Origin: a bacterium | GTDB taxonomy: Bacteria; Patescibacteriota; Doudnabacteria; UBA920; VMFF01 | Assembly (NCBI GenBank): GCA_021842385.1 | Contig: JAKCAE010000038.1 | Span: 1 to 53,672, forward strand | Direction of reading: 5' to 3' | DNA length: 53,672 bases | In this document: piece by piece, positions 1-9,388 of the stretch | How the letters are laid out: every line of letters starts with the position of its first letter | How positions within the stretch are numbered: the stretch's first letter is position 1 | Made by a program: the position numbers and the translations under genes | Notes under the pieces: generated by a model | Seen by the model: the letters and a program-made list of their open reading frames with translations, nothing else | Databases searched by the model: none | What the model was told of the DNA's origin: nothing

Positions 1-1
1 A

Positions 2-883
2 TTGCTTTTGCGTCATGATTTGGATTTAGTGCATTTTTTAAATTTTAATGTTCCCTTGCTGTACAATAAGCCTTTTGTCGTAACCATCCATGATGTTATT
101 CACCACCGTCTTCCAGGAGTTAAAAAAAGTCATTTTTTACACCGTTTAGCTTACAAAGCAGTCATGCGTCACGCAGTTTTTGCTTCTAAGAAGATAATCA
201 CAGTTTCTGAGTTTTCTAAAAAGGAGATATTAGATCTTTTTAAAGTTCCTGCAGAGAAAATAGAGGTCATCTATGAAGCAGCTAGCACTGTGCCTGTAAC
301 AGATTCAGATGTTTCATTAGTTAAACAAAAATTTGACATATCAAAGGCATATCTTGTATTTGTTGGTGTTATGGAAAGAAAAAAGAATCTGCTTAATCTT
401 TCTAAAGCTTTTGACATTTTAAAGGACAAGTTTAATTTAAATGTCCAGTTGGTTTTAGCAGGCAAAGAAGATTCGCACTATCCGGAAATTTTAGAGAAGC
501 TTAAAGAAATTAAATATCGAAAAGATTTAATAATTACAGGGTTGGTTTCGGAAAAAGAAAAATATGCTTTGTACAAGGGTTCCGTAGCTTTTGTTTCAGC
601 TTCTCTTTTTGAAGGCTTTGGTCTTCCTGGAGTTGAAGCTATGAGTCTGGGTATTCCTTTGGTTGTATCAAACACAGAGGTTTTTAATGAGGTCTATGAC
701 AATGGCGCGATATATTTTAATGCGCTAGATCCTGAAGACATTGCTCAGAAAATTAACTTCTTGCTTTCTGATGAAAAATACAGATCTCTCATTGCTAACA
801 ATGCTTATACCAGGGCACAGTATTTTTCTTGGGATTTAGCTGCAAAAAAAACATTGGAAGTATATTTTAATCTAAAAACATGA
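2..883 (+). CDS. Glycosyltransferase, GT4/GT1-fold family (5' end outside window)
   Basis: The ORF is open to the window edge. C-terminal retaining-GT signature FEGFGLPGVEAMSLGIPLVVSN. Its stop overlaps the murG start (ATGA at 880-883). Confidence 0.8.
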   Translation: MLLRHDLDLVHFLNFNVPLLYNKPFVVTIHDVIHHRLPGVKKSHFLHRLAYKAVMRHAVFASKKIITVSEFSKKEILDLFKVPAEKIEVIYEAASTVPVTDSDVSLVKQKFDISKAYLVFVGVMERKKNLLNLSKAFDILKDKFNLNVQLVLAGKEDSHYPEILEKLKEIKYRKDLIITGLVSEKEKYALYKGSVAFVSASLFEGFGLPGVEAMSLGIPLVVSNTEVFNEVYDNGAIYFNALDPEDIAQKINFLLSDEKYRSLIANNAYTRAQYFSWDLAAKKTLEVYFNLKT

Positions 884-2010
884 GACTGATATTTGTCGGC
901 GGCGGTAGCGGCGGACCAATCATCCCCTTAATCGCTGTTTCCCAAAGAATTAAAAAGGAAAATAAAGAAGCAAAGTTTTTGTTTTTGGGGACTTCCAACG
1001 GTCCTGAAAAACAAATGCTTGCCAAGTATAATTTGCCTTTCAAGAGCATTGCAGCCGGAAAATGGCGCAGATATTTTTCTTTTCTTAACATCATTGCGCC
1101 CCTAATGGTACTTGTCGGCTTAGTGCAGTCTTTTATGATTCTAAAAAAGTTTAAGCCGGACCTTGTCTTTGCAGCAGGGGGTTATGTCGCAGTACCCGTT
1201 GTTTTTGCTGCTTGGGTTTTGCGTATAAAAATAGTTATACATCAACAAGATTATGTGCCAAGTCTTACTAATAAAATACTTTCTCCTTTTGCCGAGAGAA
1301 TAACCGTTAGTTTTGAGCACTCTTTGAAGGACTTTTTGAGCGGTTCAGGAATTTTTGGTTACAGCAAAAATGAACAACGAGTTATCTGGACAGGAAATCC
1401 TTTTAGAGAAGAGTTGATTAATTCTCTTTCTGAAAAAGAAATAAAGAAAGCACGGGGTGAGTTTAATCTGAGCGAAGAATTGCCGGTGCTTTTGGTCCTG
1501 GGTGGGGCAACAGGAGCCGCTTCCTTAAATAGAATATTAGAAGAAGCTTTGCCTGAGCTTGTTAAAACCGTTCAGGTTATACATGCAACAGGCAAAGGCA
1601 AGAAGATTGATTTCAAGCATCCAAACTATCACGCTTTTGAGCTCATTTCCAAGATGCAGGAAGCATACGCCCTCTCAGACATTGTCATATCCCGTGCTGG
1701 CATGTCAACGATTACTGAGCTCTCTGCTTTGAAAAAAGCGGCAATAGTCGTGCCCATGCCTGATTCTCATCAAACAGAAAACGGCGGCGTCCTGTTAATC
1801 ACGCAAGCAGCATTAGTGGTTCCTCAAGAGACATTAAACGGTGAAAGACTTTCAATGATTGTCAAAAAGTTAATTTATGATTGGGACTACCAGCAGAGTT
1901 TAAGAGAAAATATACACCGCTTAATGCCGCATAACGCAACAGAAAAGATTTCTAAAATAATCATGGATCTATGCAAGAAGCCAGAGAAAGAAAAAAACAA
2001 AAAACAATAG
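880..2010 (+). CDS. murG: Undecaprenyldiphospho-muramoylpentapeptide beta-N-acetylglucosaminyltransferase (MurG)
   Basis: N-terminal Gly-rich loop IFVGGGSGGPIIPL and C-terminal LVLGGATGAASLN ... ISRAGMSTITE pattern of GT28. Sits in a mur gene cluster. Confidence 0.85.
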   Translation: MRLIFVGGGSGGPIIPLIAVSQRIKKENKEAKFLFLGTSNGPEKQMLAKYNLPFKSIAAGKWRRYFSFLNIIAPLMVLVGLVQSFMILKKFKPDLVFAAGGYVAVPVVFAAWVLRIKIVIHQQDYVPSLTNKILSPFAERITVSFEHSLKDFLSGSGIFGYSKNEQRVIWTGNPFREELINSLSEKEIKKARGEFNLSEELPVLLVLGGATGAASLNRILEEALPELVKTVQVIHATGKGKKIDFKHPNYHAFELISKMQEAYALSDIVISRAGMSTITELSALKKAAIVVPMPDSHQTENGGVLLITQAALVVPQETLNGERLSMIVKKLIYDWDYQQSLRENIHRLMPHNATEKISKIIMDLCKKPEKEKNKKQ

Positions 2011-2900
2011 CTTTGGCTATGGCAGGAGCTGGTGCTCGTGCTGTCATATACTTTGGCATTTTAGATGTTTTCAAAGAAAATGGTATTGACATCTCAATGT
2101 TTGCCACATGTAGCAGTGCTTCTTTTGTTGCTTTGGCATATGCTTCAGGAACTCTGGATAAAATGAAGGAAAGAGTTTTGAATATGGACAGTAAAGAAAT
2201 GCTGGGTCTTTTTGAAACAAGCTTTAAGGGTGGAATTTTTTCTTTAGACAAGATCGAAGCAGAGATGCGTAAGTATATTCCATACTCGAATTTGGAGGAA
2301 TTGCCAATCCCTGTGTCTGTTGTTGCTTCTGATATTGTGCATGGCGAAGAAGTAGTTTTTTCAATGGGAAATATTTCTCGCGCTGTAAAAGCTTCCTGTT
2401 CCATGCCTGGTTTGTTTGAGCCAGTAGTTTGGGGAGATCGTGTGCTTTTAGACGGCGGTTTGTTTAGTATAATCCCGGTGGAGGCAGCAAGAGCATCTGG
2501 TTCTGATTTAGTTATTGGTATTGATCTGGCAAGTTCCAGAAACTTGTTTTCTAACCCAGTGCTGCATTTAAAAAGGGGATGGAACTTTGTTTTTTGGCCA
2601 CTTTCATTGATAAAAAGAGTTTCTACCAAAGCTTACAGGAAATATGTTAAGGCATATCAAGACCAGGCAAATATTGATGAAATTAAGACACCGAATCTTT
2701 TTTCGATTCTAGGGCGTTCCATGAATTATGCTATTAAAGAGCGCAGGAAAGCAGAATATTTTAATTGTGATATAGTAATAACCCCGAGTGTTAAGGGTTT
2801 TGGCGATGTGGGTATAAGTAAAGGACAGGCAATGTACGAAGAAGGTAGAAGGGCTGCAGAAGAAGCATTGCCTTTAATTAAGAAGTTGTTACAAAAATGA
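1971..2900 (+). CDS. Patatin-like phospholipase family protein (divergent active-site motifs)
   Basis: IALAMAGAGARAVIYFGILDVF (oxyanion-loop region), CSSAS in place of GxSxG, and LLDGGLFSIIP (catalytic DGG). Overlaps the murG 3' end by 40 nt. Confidence 0.65.
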   Translation: MQEARERKKQKTIALAMAGAGARAVIYFGILDVFKENGIDISMFATCSSASFVALAYASGTLDKMKERVLNMDSKEMLGLFETSFKGGIFSLDKIEAEMRKYIPYSNLEELPIPVSVVASDIVHGEEVVFSMGNISRAVKASCSMPGLFEPVVWGDRVLLDGGLFSIIPVEAARASGSDLVIGIDLASSRNLFSNPVLHLKRGWNFVFWPLSLIKRVSTKAYRKYVKAYQDQANIDEIKTPNLFSILGRSMNYAIKERRKAEYFNCDIVITPSVKGFGDVGISKGQAMYEEGRRAAEEALPLIKKLLQK

Positions 2901-4225
2901 ATTTAGAAAAAGTAAAAAAAATATATTTCATTGGCATTGGCGGTATTGGCATGTCTGCTTTGGCAGGCATTGCCAAAGCCAAGGGTTTTTTAGTTTCAGG
3001 TTCAGATTCCAGCGATGTCTACGATCCTTCAAAAGCTGTTTTGGATAAATATGGCATAAGCTATCATATTGGTTTTGAGTTAAAGAACATTGCTGATTTT
3101 AATCTCTCACCTGACGATTTAGTTGTCGTTGGGGCGGCAATTGATTTAGAAAACCCAGAATTAAAATACGCCAAAGAAAATAACTTAAGAATGACTGGCT
3201 ACCCAGAGCTTTTAGAAGTTTTAGTTTCCGACAAAAGAAGAATTGTTGTTGTAGGAACACATGGCAAAGGCACTACCTCAGGTCTCATAGCCTTTGTTTT
3301 AAAAGAGTTGGAAGATTCAGGGTTTTTTGTTGGTGCTGTTTTAACAGATCTGCAAACTAATTTCCATTATGGTAGCGGTCCAAACTTTGTCATAGAAGGG
3401 GATGAATACAGGTCAGGGATTGATGATCCAAAACCTAAGTTTGCATATTACAAACCAGATTTGTTGCTTGTAAATAACATTGAGTTTGATCACCCTGATA
3501 TTTACAAAGATTTAGAAGCATTCAAGGCTCCTTTCAAAAGCTTGGTTTCAGAGATGAAAGAAGATTCAATAATTGTTTACAATGCCGATGATATTAATGT
3601 TTTGGATGTTGTTTCAAAAAGTGTTGCTAAAAAAATTCCTTTCTCACTTTCAGAGCAGAAGAATTACAAATTACCGGGTAAAGCCTATGCCTATGACTAC
3701 CTTGCCGCTAAAACAACCTTGGAAGCTTTAGGCTTTGATTTTAAGCAGTTTGAAAAATATTTCTTAGAATACACAGGCGTTAAAAGACGTTACGAGTTAA
3801 TATATGAAAACAGCATCACGGTTATTGATGATTATGCACATCATCCAACAGCAGTCAGAGAGACTTTAGAAGCAACAAAACAAAAATATCCTCAAAAAAG
3901 AATAGTTTGTTTTTTTGAACCGCACACATATTCCAGAACAAAAGAAACTCTTGCTGATTTAGAAAAAGCTTTTAATTCTGCTGACTTGGTGTATATTGCG
4001 GAAGTGTATCCGGCACGAGAACAGAAGTTACCAAGCAGCATATCAGGACAAGATGTTGTTAGAGCGGTTTCTCGACATCAGCAAAACGTATTTTATGTTT
4101 CAGACAAAAGAGATGCTTTGGATAAATACAGAAAAGAAAAAAAAGACGGCGATGTTGTCATTGTTATGGCTGTTGGTTCATTTAATACTTTAGTCTATGA
4201 TTTAAAGAAAGAATTAGGAGCATAA
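2897..4225 (+). CDS. Mur ligase, MurC/Mpl family (UDP-N-acetylmuramate-adding ligase)
   Basis: IYFIGIGGIGMSALAGIA...VSGSD, P-loop GTHGKGTTS, and EGDEYRSGIDDPKPKFAYYKPDLLLVNNIEFDHPDIY (closer to the Mpl pattern than to canonical MurC). ATGA overlap with the upstream gene. Confidence 0.8.
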   Translation: MNLEKVKKIYFIGIGGIGMSALAGIAKAKGFLVSGSDSSDVYDPSKAVLDKYGISYHIGFELKNIADFNLSPDDLVVVGAAIDLENPELKYAKENNLRMTGYPELLEVLVSDKRRIVVVGTHGKGTTSGLIAFVLKELEDSGFFVGAVLTDLQTNFHYGSGPNFVIEGDEYRSGIDDPKPKFAYYKPDLLLVNNIEFDHPDIYKDLEAFKAPFKSLVSEMKEDSIIVYNADDINVLDVVSKSVAKKIPFSLSEQKNYKLPGKAYAYDYLAAKTTLEALGFDFKQFEKYFLEYTGVKRRYELIYENSITVIDDYAHHPTAVRETLEATKQKYPQKRIVCFFEPHTYSRTKETLADLEKAFNSADLVYIAEVYPAREQKLPSSISGQDVVRAVSRHQQNVFYVSDKRDALDKYRKEKKDGDVVIVMAVGSFNTLVYDLKKELGA

Positions 4226-4226
4226 T

Positions 4227-5117
4227 ATGCAAGAGAATATCACGCTTTCAAAGTACACATCTTTTAGAATTGGGGGGCCTGCTAGTTTTTTTGTTGAAGC
4301 AAAAAACGATGCTGATTTTCTTTCAGCTTTAAAATTTAGCAAGGAACACAATTTACCTTTCTTGGTTTTAGGCGGAGGTACCAATATGTTAATTAGCGAC
4401 CAAGGTTTTAAAGGGGTTGTCATACGCAGCCTCGGTAAAGGTCTTTCTTTTGAAGATCAGGGACAAAATGGTTTAGTTGTTTCTGAAACAGGCAATGTTT
4501 TACCGATCATAAATCAGTTTGCTAACAACAACGGATTGGTTGGTTTTGAAAAGCTGGCTACTGTTCCTGGTACTTTAGGCGGAGCAATTTACAACAATGC
4601 CCACTGGAAAGATGATCTGCTTTCTAAACATTTGCTCTGGGTTGATGTCATTGACCCTGAAGATAGAGAATCCTCAGTGAAGAGGTTAAGTTTAGAAGAA
4701 CTCGATTTTAAATACGACTCTTCAGCCATAAAGACAAAAAACCTCATAGCTTTAAGAGCAGCGATATTGCTTCCAAAAGGAGATGTTTCAGAATCAAAGA
4801 AAACATATGCTAAATATTTGAAAAGCAGAACAGAATCCCAACCTTATGGAACATTGAATAGCGGTTGTATGTTTCAGAATGTTACTCAGAACTTAGGACC
4901 TGGAAATCATGGAACCTCAGCCGGATATTTAATTGATCAAGCAGGTTTAAAGGGTTTGAAGATTGGCGGAGCGCAGATTTCTGAAAAACATGGTAACTTC
5001 TTTATCAACACCGGAAATGCTAGCAGTAATGATATACTGAAATTAGCAGAAACATGTAAAGAGAAGGTCAAAGAAAAGTTTGGTGTAGAATTGGAATTTG
5101 AAGTTAAAATAGTTTAA
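4227..5117 (+). CDS. murB: UDP-N-acetylenolpyruvoylglucosamine reductase (MurB)
   Basis: FRIGGPASFFVEAK ... LVLGGGTNMLISD FAD-binding N-terminus and C-terminal GNFFINTGNASSNDI. Confidence 0.9.
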   Translation: MQENITLSKYTSFRIGGPASFFVEAKNDADFLSALKFSKEHNLPFLVLGGGTNMLISDQGFKGVVIRSLGKGLSFEDQGQNGLVVSETGNVLPIINQFANNNGLVGFEKLATVPGTLGGAIYNNAHWKDDLLSKHLLWVDVIDPEDRESSVKRLSLEELDFKYDSSAIKTKNLIALRAAILLPKGDVSESKKTYAKYLKSRTESQPYGTLNSGCMFQNVTQNLGPGNHGTSAGYLIDQAGLKGLKIGGAQISEKHGNFFINTGNASSNDILKLAETCKEKVKEKFGVELEFEVKIV

Positions 5118-5134
5118 GAAAGGAGAAAAATAAA

Positions 5135-5470
5135 ATGTCAGTAACCATAAAGAAGACAAACGCAAAAGTTAGTGAATCAGAAATTGCCTATGTTAACAAG
5201 AATTTGGAGAAATTAAAAAAGTTTTTAAGACCAGAGAATAATATTCATGTGGAGTTGCAGAACACCACAAAGCACAAAACAGGGCTCATTGCTCGTGCTG
5301 AGGTAACAATAATGCCAAAGCCGGGAATTTATGCAGATGCATTTGGTAATGATTTTTTTGAGGCCATAGACCTTTGTTTGCCAAAGATTAAAGAACAGTT
5401 GATGAAGAATAAAGATAGAGTTGTTTCTCAAAGAAGGCGCTTAGGAGCGCAAAGGAAAGTAGACAGATAA
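5135..5470 (+). CDS. hpf: Ribosome hibernation/ribosome-associated inhibitor family protein (short HPF/RaiA)
   Basis: 111 aa, pattern VELQ...ARAEVTI...YADAFGNDFFEAIDLCLPKIKEQL. GGAG-containing SD upstream. Confidence 0.75.
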   Translation: MSVTIKKTNAKVSESEIAYVNKNLEKLKKFLRPENNIHVELQNTTKHKTGLIARAEVTIMPKPGIYADAFGNDFFEAIDLCLPKIKEQLMKNKDRVVSQRRRLGAQRKVDR

Positions 5471-5475
5471 CGAAC

Positions 5476-5505
5476 GAGGCCCCAGCAATTGCTTGCAGGG
5501 GCCTC
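5476..5505. terminator. GC-rich hairpin between convergent hpf and the receiver gene
   Basis: gaggcccc (5476-5483) pairs perfectly with ggggcctc (5498-5505). It lies 4 nt after the minus-strand TGA stop. The U-tract is weak on both strands. Confidence 0.5.
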
Positions 5506-5509
5506 TTGT

Positions 5510-5863
5510 TCATGAGCAGATGTCGGTGAGAGCAGCCTTTTCGGTTTCGCCGAAAGGCTTGCTCAAGATCACGGTGAAGTGTTGCGGGTTGAAAGCGCTG
5601 TTCGGGTTGCCGCTCATCCCGAACATGCTCGCTTTCGGGAACTTCGCAGCGAACTTCGCAGCGACATCGTTGCCTGTGCCATCACCCAGGTCGAAGTCTG
5701 TCAGCAGTACGTCGAAGGTTTCGCTGTCTTCGATCGCTGAGAAAGCTTCCGATACGCTGGAAGCCAACACTACGCTGACATCGGGGTTTGTGCGTAGAAT
5801 CAGATCCCCGATGAATCTGCGAACCGCTTCCTGATCCTCGACTACTAGGACTTTTGTGCTCAC
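5510..5863 (-). CDS. Single-domain response regulator receiver (CheY-like), on GC-rich cassette 1
   Basis: VLVVEDQ (acidic pocket), VLLTDFDLGDGTG (phospho-acceptor Asp), GMSGN (Ser/Thr position), LSKPF (Lys-Pro). GTG start with AGGAGG 8 nt upstream. 36/60 G+C at 5581-5640. Confidence 0.85.
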   Translation of the reverse strand: MSTKVLVVEDQEAVRRFIGDLILRTNPDVSVVLASSVSEAFSAIEDSETFDVLLTDFDLGDGTGNDVAAKFAAKFPKASMFGMSGNPNSAFNPQHFTVILSKPFGETEKAALTDICS

Positions 5864-5891
5864 TTATACATCCTCCTTGATGGTTGTATAT

Positions 5892-5920
5892 ATAATGCCA
5901 TAAAGTGCTGAAAATGTCAA
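5892..5920 (-). promoter_or_regulatory. Sigma70-like promoter for the receiver gene
   Basis: Minus strand reads TTGACA (5920-5915), 17 nt spacer, CATTAT (5897-5892). An AGGAGG SD follows at 5877-5872. Confidence 0.4.
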
Positions 5921-5952
5921 GATTTGATTTTCCCTTTATTTAACCTTTTCTG

Positions 5953-5981
5953 TTGTTATTTCCCCCCAAAAAACATATAAT
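5953..5981 (+). promoter_or_regulatory. Sigma70-like promoter placed for a leaderless secA mRNA
   Basis: TTGTTA (5953-5958), 17 nt spacer, TATAAT (5976-5981), then only 6 nt before the secA ATG at 5988. Confidence 0.4.
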
Positions 5982-5987
5982 ATACGC

Positions 5988-8639
5988 ATGTCATTTTTAG
6001 AAAAAATCTTTGGAGGCAACCAAAGAGTCGTTTCAAGGCTAAAGGGCGTTGTTGATGAAATAAACGCTTTAGAAGAGCGTTTTAAAGGTTTAACAGACGC
6101 TCAGATTAAAGAACAAGTTCAGTCTTTTAAAAAGCAACTCTCTGATGAAAATGGCCCTAAAGATTACGAAGTTCAAAAGAAAATATTAGATCAAATACTT
6201 CCTGAAGTTTTTGCGCTAACAAGAGAAGCCGCAAAGCGAACAATCGGGCAAAGACATTATGATGTTCAGCTTGTGGGTGGTATTACGTTGCACAGAGGTC
6301 AGATTGCTGAAATGAAAACCGGAGAAGGAAAAACTTTAACAGCAACCCTACCCTTGGTTTTAAATGCTTTGACAGGAAGAGGCGCTCACTTGGTTACAGT
6401 TAACGACTATTTGGCTCGTTGGCATGCTTCTTTAATGGGTCCTATATATCACATGCTTGGTTTGTCTGTGTCTTCGATTCAGCACCAGCAGTCTTTCATC
6501 TATGATCCTGAATACGCTCCTGAAGAAGAAGAAGTTAAGCGCTTGGAAAGTGAAACCCAAGGTTTTGTTTTAGATGTTAAACATATGCGCACAGTTTCCA
6601 GAAGAGAAGCGTATGCAGCTGATATTACATATGGTACAAATAATGAATTTGGCTTTGACTATTTGCGTGACAACATGGTTGCTGATCTTTCGCAAATGGT
6701 TCAAAGAGAGCTTCATTTTTCCATTGTTGATGAAGTAGACAGCATTTTAATTGATGAAGCGCGTACTCCTTTGATCATTTCAGCACCAGACACAGATCCA
6801 ACTGATAAGTATTACCGTTTTGCAGAGTTGGTTGAAAAATTAGAGCACGGTTCTGATTACAGTATTGATGAAAAGAAAAAAGGCGTTGCTCTTTCAGAAA
6901 CAGGTATTGAAAAATTGGAAAAGCTTTTAAATGTTAAAAACATCTATGAAGAGGAAGGCGTTTCAACAGTGCACCATCTCGAACAAGCCTTGAGAGCAAA
7001 AGCTTTGTTTAAATTAGACAGAGATTATGTTGTTCGTGACGGTGAGGTTGTTTTAGTTGATGAGTTTACGGGTCGTTTAATGTTCGGACGAAGATATTCA
7101 GATGGCTTGCACCAGGCAATAGAAGCAAAAGAAGGCGTGAAGATTCAGCAGGAAAGCAAAACCCTGGCAACTGTCACTTTCCAAAATTACTTCAGAATGT
7201 ACAAAAAACTTGCCGGTATGACTGGTACTGCGCTAACTGAAGCAGAAGAATTTTTCAGCATCTACAAATTAGAAGTTGTTGCCATACCAACACACAGACC
7301 AATGATCAGGGAAGACAGAGCAGATGCAGTTTACAAGTCAGAAAAAGGCAAGTTTGAAGCCATTACCCGAGAGGTTATTGAAAGACATAAGAAAGGGCAG
7401 CCCCTGCTTATTGGTACTGTTTCCATCCAAAAGAACGAATTACTTGCAGAACACCTTAAAAAAGCGGGTTTAACTTTTGAGATATTAAATGCAAAGAACC
7501 ACGAACGTGAAGCACATATCATTTCTCAAGCAGGAAGATTTGGTGCAATAACTGTTGCCACAAACATAGCAGGTCGTGGTGTTGACATTCTGCTTGGAGG
7601 AAACCCAGTAGATCCGGATGAAGCGGAAAAAGTAAAAGCAGCAGGTGGTTTGCATATTCTTGGAACTGAAAGACACGAATCCCGAAGAATTGATAACCAG
7701 TTAAGAGGACGTTCTGGTCGTCAGGGAGATCCCGGCTCTTCTCAGTTTTTTGTTTCTTTGGAAGATGATTTAATGCGTCTTTTTGGCGGTGAGCGTTTGC
7801 AGAGATTAATGACAACTTTGGGAATTGAAGAGGATCAACCGATTGAAGCAGGTTTAGTTTCAAAATCAATTGAACAAGCACAGAAAAAGATTGAAGGATT
7901 AAACTTTGACACCAGAAAGCATGTTTTGGAATATGACGATGTCATGAACAAGCAAAGAGAGATAATCTACGGAAAACGTAGGGCTTGGCTAGAAGCAGGT
8001 AGCAATCACAAAGAAGAAATACTTTCTCTTGTTGAAACTGAAGTTTCAGAGCTTGTTAAAAACCACTTTCTAGCAGAAAATGATATTCAGGAACTGCTGA
8101 ATGCTTTGAACTCAATTTTTCCTCTGGGCAATGTAGAGGCAGGAAAAATTGTTGAAATGACAAAACAGCCGGGAGATTCAGAATTTGCCATCACTGATTT
8201 TGCTGTTAAGCTTGCTAAACAAAGATACGAAGAAAAAGAAAAAGCTCTTCCAGAGGAAGGAATAATGAGGCAGATTGAAAGAGGTATCTCATTACAAGCT
8301 TTAGACAATCTTTGGATGGAACATCTAGAAACCATGGAGCATTTAAGAGACTCTGTTGGTTTAAGGGGTTATGGACAAAGAGATCCATTAGTTGAATACA
8401 AGCGTGAATCTTTTGACTTATTTAAACGTTTGCTTGCTCAGATTAATTCCCAGATTGTATATACCATATACAAAGTAACAGTTCAGAAACAACCGGTTTC
8501 AGAATTACAAGAACTTGCTAAGAATGCCCAAGAAGTTTCTACAGAAACAACCACAGCAGATTCAGTGGAGAAAATCGGCAGGAATGACCCTTGTCCTTGC
8601 GGGTCAGGGAAGAAATATAAGAAGTGTCATGGGAAGTAA
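5988..8639 (+). CDS. secA: Preprotein translocase ATPase SecA
   Basis: [42 protein letters not shown], and C-terminal zinc motif [14 protein letters not shown]. Confidence 0.97.
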   Translation: MSFLEKIFGGNQRVVSRLKGVVDEINALEERFKGLTDAQIKEQVQSFKKQLSDENGPKDYEVQKKILDQILPEVFALTREAAKRTIGQRHYDVQLVGGITLHRGQIAEMKTGEGKTLTATLPLVLNALTGRGAHLVTVNDYLARWHASLMGPIYHMLGLSVSSIQHQQSFIYDPEYAPEEEEVKRLESETQGFVLDVKHMRTVSRREAYAADITYGTNNEFGFDYLRDNMVADLSQMVQRELHFSIVDEVDSILIDEARTPLIISAPDTDPTDKYYRFAELVEKLEHGSDYSIDEKKKGVALSETGIEKLEKLLNVKNIYEEEGVSTVHHLEQALRAKALFKLDRDYVVRDGEVVLVDEFTGRLMFGRRYSDGLHQAIEAKEGVKIQQESKTLATVTFQNYFRMYKKLAGMTGTALTEAEEFFSIYKLEVVAIPTHRPMIREDRADAVYKSEKGKFEAITREVIERHKKGQPLLIGTVSIQKNELLAEHLKKAGLTFEILNAKNHEREAHIISQAGRFGAITVATNIAGRGVDILLGGNPVDPDEAEKVKAAGGLHILGTERHESRRIDNQLRGRSGRQGDPGSSQFFVSLEDDLMRLFGGERLQRLMTTLGIEEDQPIEAGLVSKSIEQAQKKIEGLNFDTRKHVLEYDDVMNKQREIIYGKRRAWLEAGSNHKEEILSLVETEVSELVKNHFLAENDIQELLNALNSIFPLGNVEAGKIVEMTKQPGDSEFAITDFAVKLAKQRYEEKEKALPEEGIMRQIERGISLQALDNLWMEHLETMEHLRDSVGLRGYGQRDPLVEYKRESFDLFKRLLAQINSQIVYTIYKVTVQKQPVSELQELAKNAQEVSTETTTADSVEKIGRNDPCPCGSGKKYKKCHGK

Positions 8640-8640
8640 T

Positions 8641-9108
8641 ATGAAATTAACGAGCTTTCAATTTGATAACAATTCAAGTATCCCAGAAAAATATACATGT
8701 GAAGGTCAGGACATCAACCCTCCGCTGGAGATTAGTGAAATTCCTGAGGGAACAAAATCGCTAGTATTAATAATGGATGATCCGGATGTCCCTAAACATT
8801 TGCGAGAAGATGGTGTCTGGGATCATTGGATTAAGTTTAATATTCCTCCTGTAGTTTCTGTAATTGCTGAAGGAGAGGAACCACAAGGTGTTTCTGGCAG
8901 GGGAACATCTGGTAATTTGAAATACCATGGACCTTGTCCTCCAGATAGAGAGCACAGATATTTTTTTAAGATATATGCGCTGGATGCGGAATTAAAACTA
9001 ACTGAAGGAGCAAGCAAGAAGGAAGTACAAAAAGCAATGGAAAACCATGTCTTAGAGGAAACAGTATTGATCGGTTTGTACATTAAGAAAAAGTATGACA
9101 GTAATTAA
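8641..9108 (+). CDS. YbhB/YbcL family Raf-kinase-inhibitor-like (PEBP) protein
   Basis: LIMDDPDVP ... WDHW ... GPCPPDREHRYFFKIYALD. Start moved to the ATG at 8641, just after the secA stop. The track ORF start at 8515 lies inside secA. Confidence 0.8.
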   Translation: MKLTSFQFDNNSSIPEKYTCEGQDINPPLEISEIPEGTKSLVLIMDDPDVPKHLREDGVWDHWIKFNIPPVVSVIAEGEEPQGVSGRGTSGNLKYHGPCPPDREHRYFFKIYALDAELKLTEGASKKEVQKAMENHVLEETVLIGLYIKKKYDSN

Positions 9109-9361
9109 GAAAAAAATTTGGCCAGAATATTTTGAGGCTGTGGTTTCTGGAAAGAAAAAGTATGAGCTTCGTCTTAATGATTTTGAAATAAGCGAAGGTG
9201 ACACACTGATACTTGAAGAATGGAATCCAGAAACCAAAGAATATACAGGTAGAAGCGTAGAAAAGAAAGTAACATTTGTCGGAAAGTTTAAGTTAGACAA
9301 GCTATTTTGGCCCGAGGAAGAGATCAAAGAAAAAGGAATTCAAATCATTTCTTTAGAATAA
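9095..9361 (+). CDS. DUF3850/ASCH-like small RNA-binding-fold protein
   Basis: KIWPEYFEAVVSGKKKYELRLNDFEISEGDTLILEEW...YTGR matches the DUF3850 pattern as I remember it. Confidence 0.65.
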   Translation: MTVIKKKIWPEYFEAVVSGKKKYELRLNDFEISEGDTLILEEWNPETKEYTGRSVEKKVTFVGKFKLDKLFWPEEEIKEKGIQIISLE

Positions 9362-9388
9362 TATTAAAAACAATTAACAAAGGAAAAC

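Noticed and set aside
1961-2629. 222-aa minus-strand ORF.
   Set aside because: It is antisense to the patatin-like gene and to the murG 3' end. No motif or signal supports it.
5493-5834. 113-aa plus-strand ORF almost fully overlapping the receiver gene.
   Set aside because: It is antisense to an ORF with complete CheY-like motifs. Long antisense ORFs are expected in GC-rich DNA because stop codons are AT-rich. The product is low-complexity Ser/Ala/Leu-rich, with no SD or promoter.
8515-8640. The N-terminal extension of the PEBP ORF. Similar track extensions occur at 9564-9677, 48403-48594, 48438-48476, 49093-49197 and 39021-39059.
   Set aside because: The extensions overlap upstream genes or non-coding structure, begin at TTG or distant ATG codons, and add no conserved sequence. 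Internal ATGs give family-typical N-termini.
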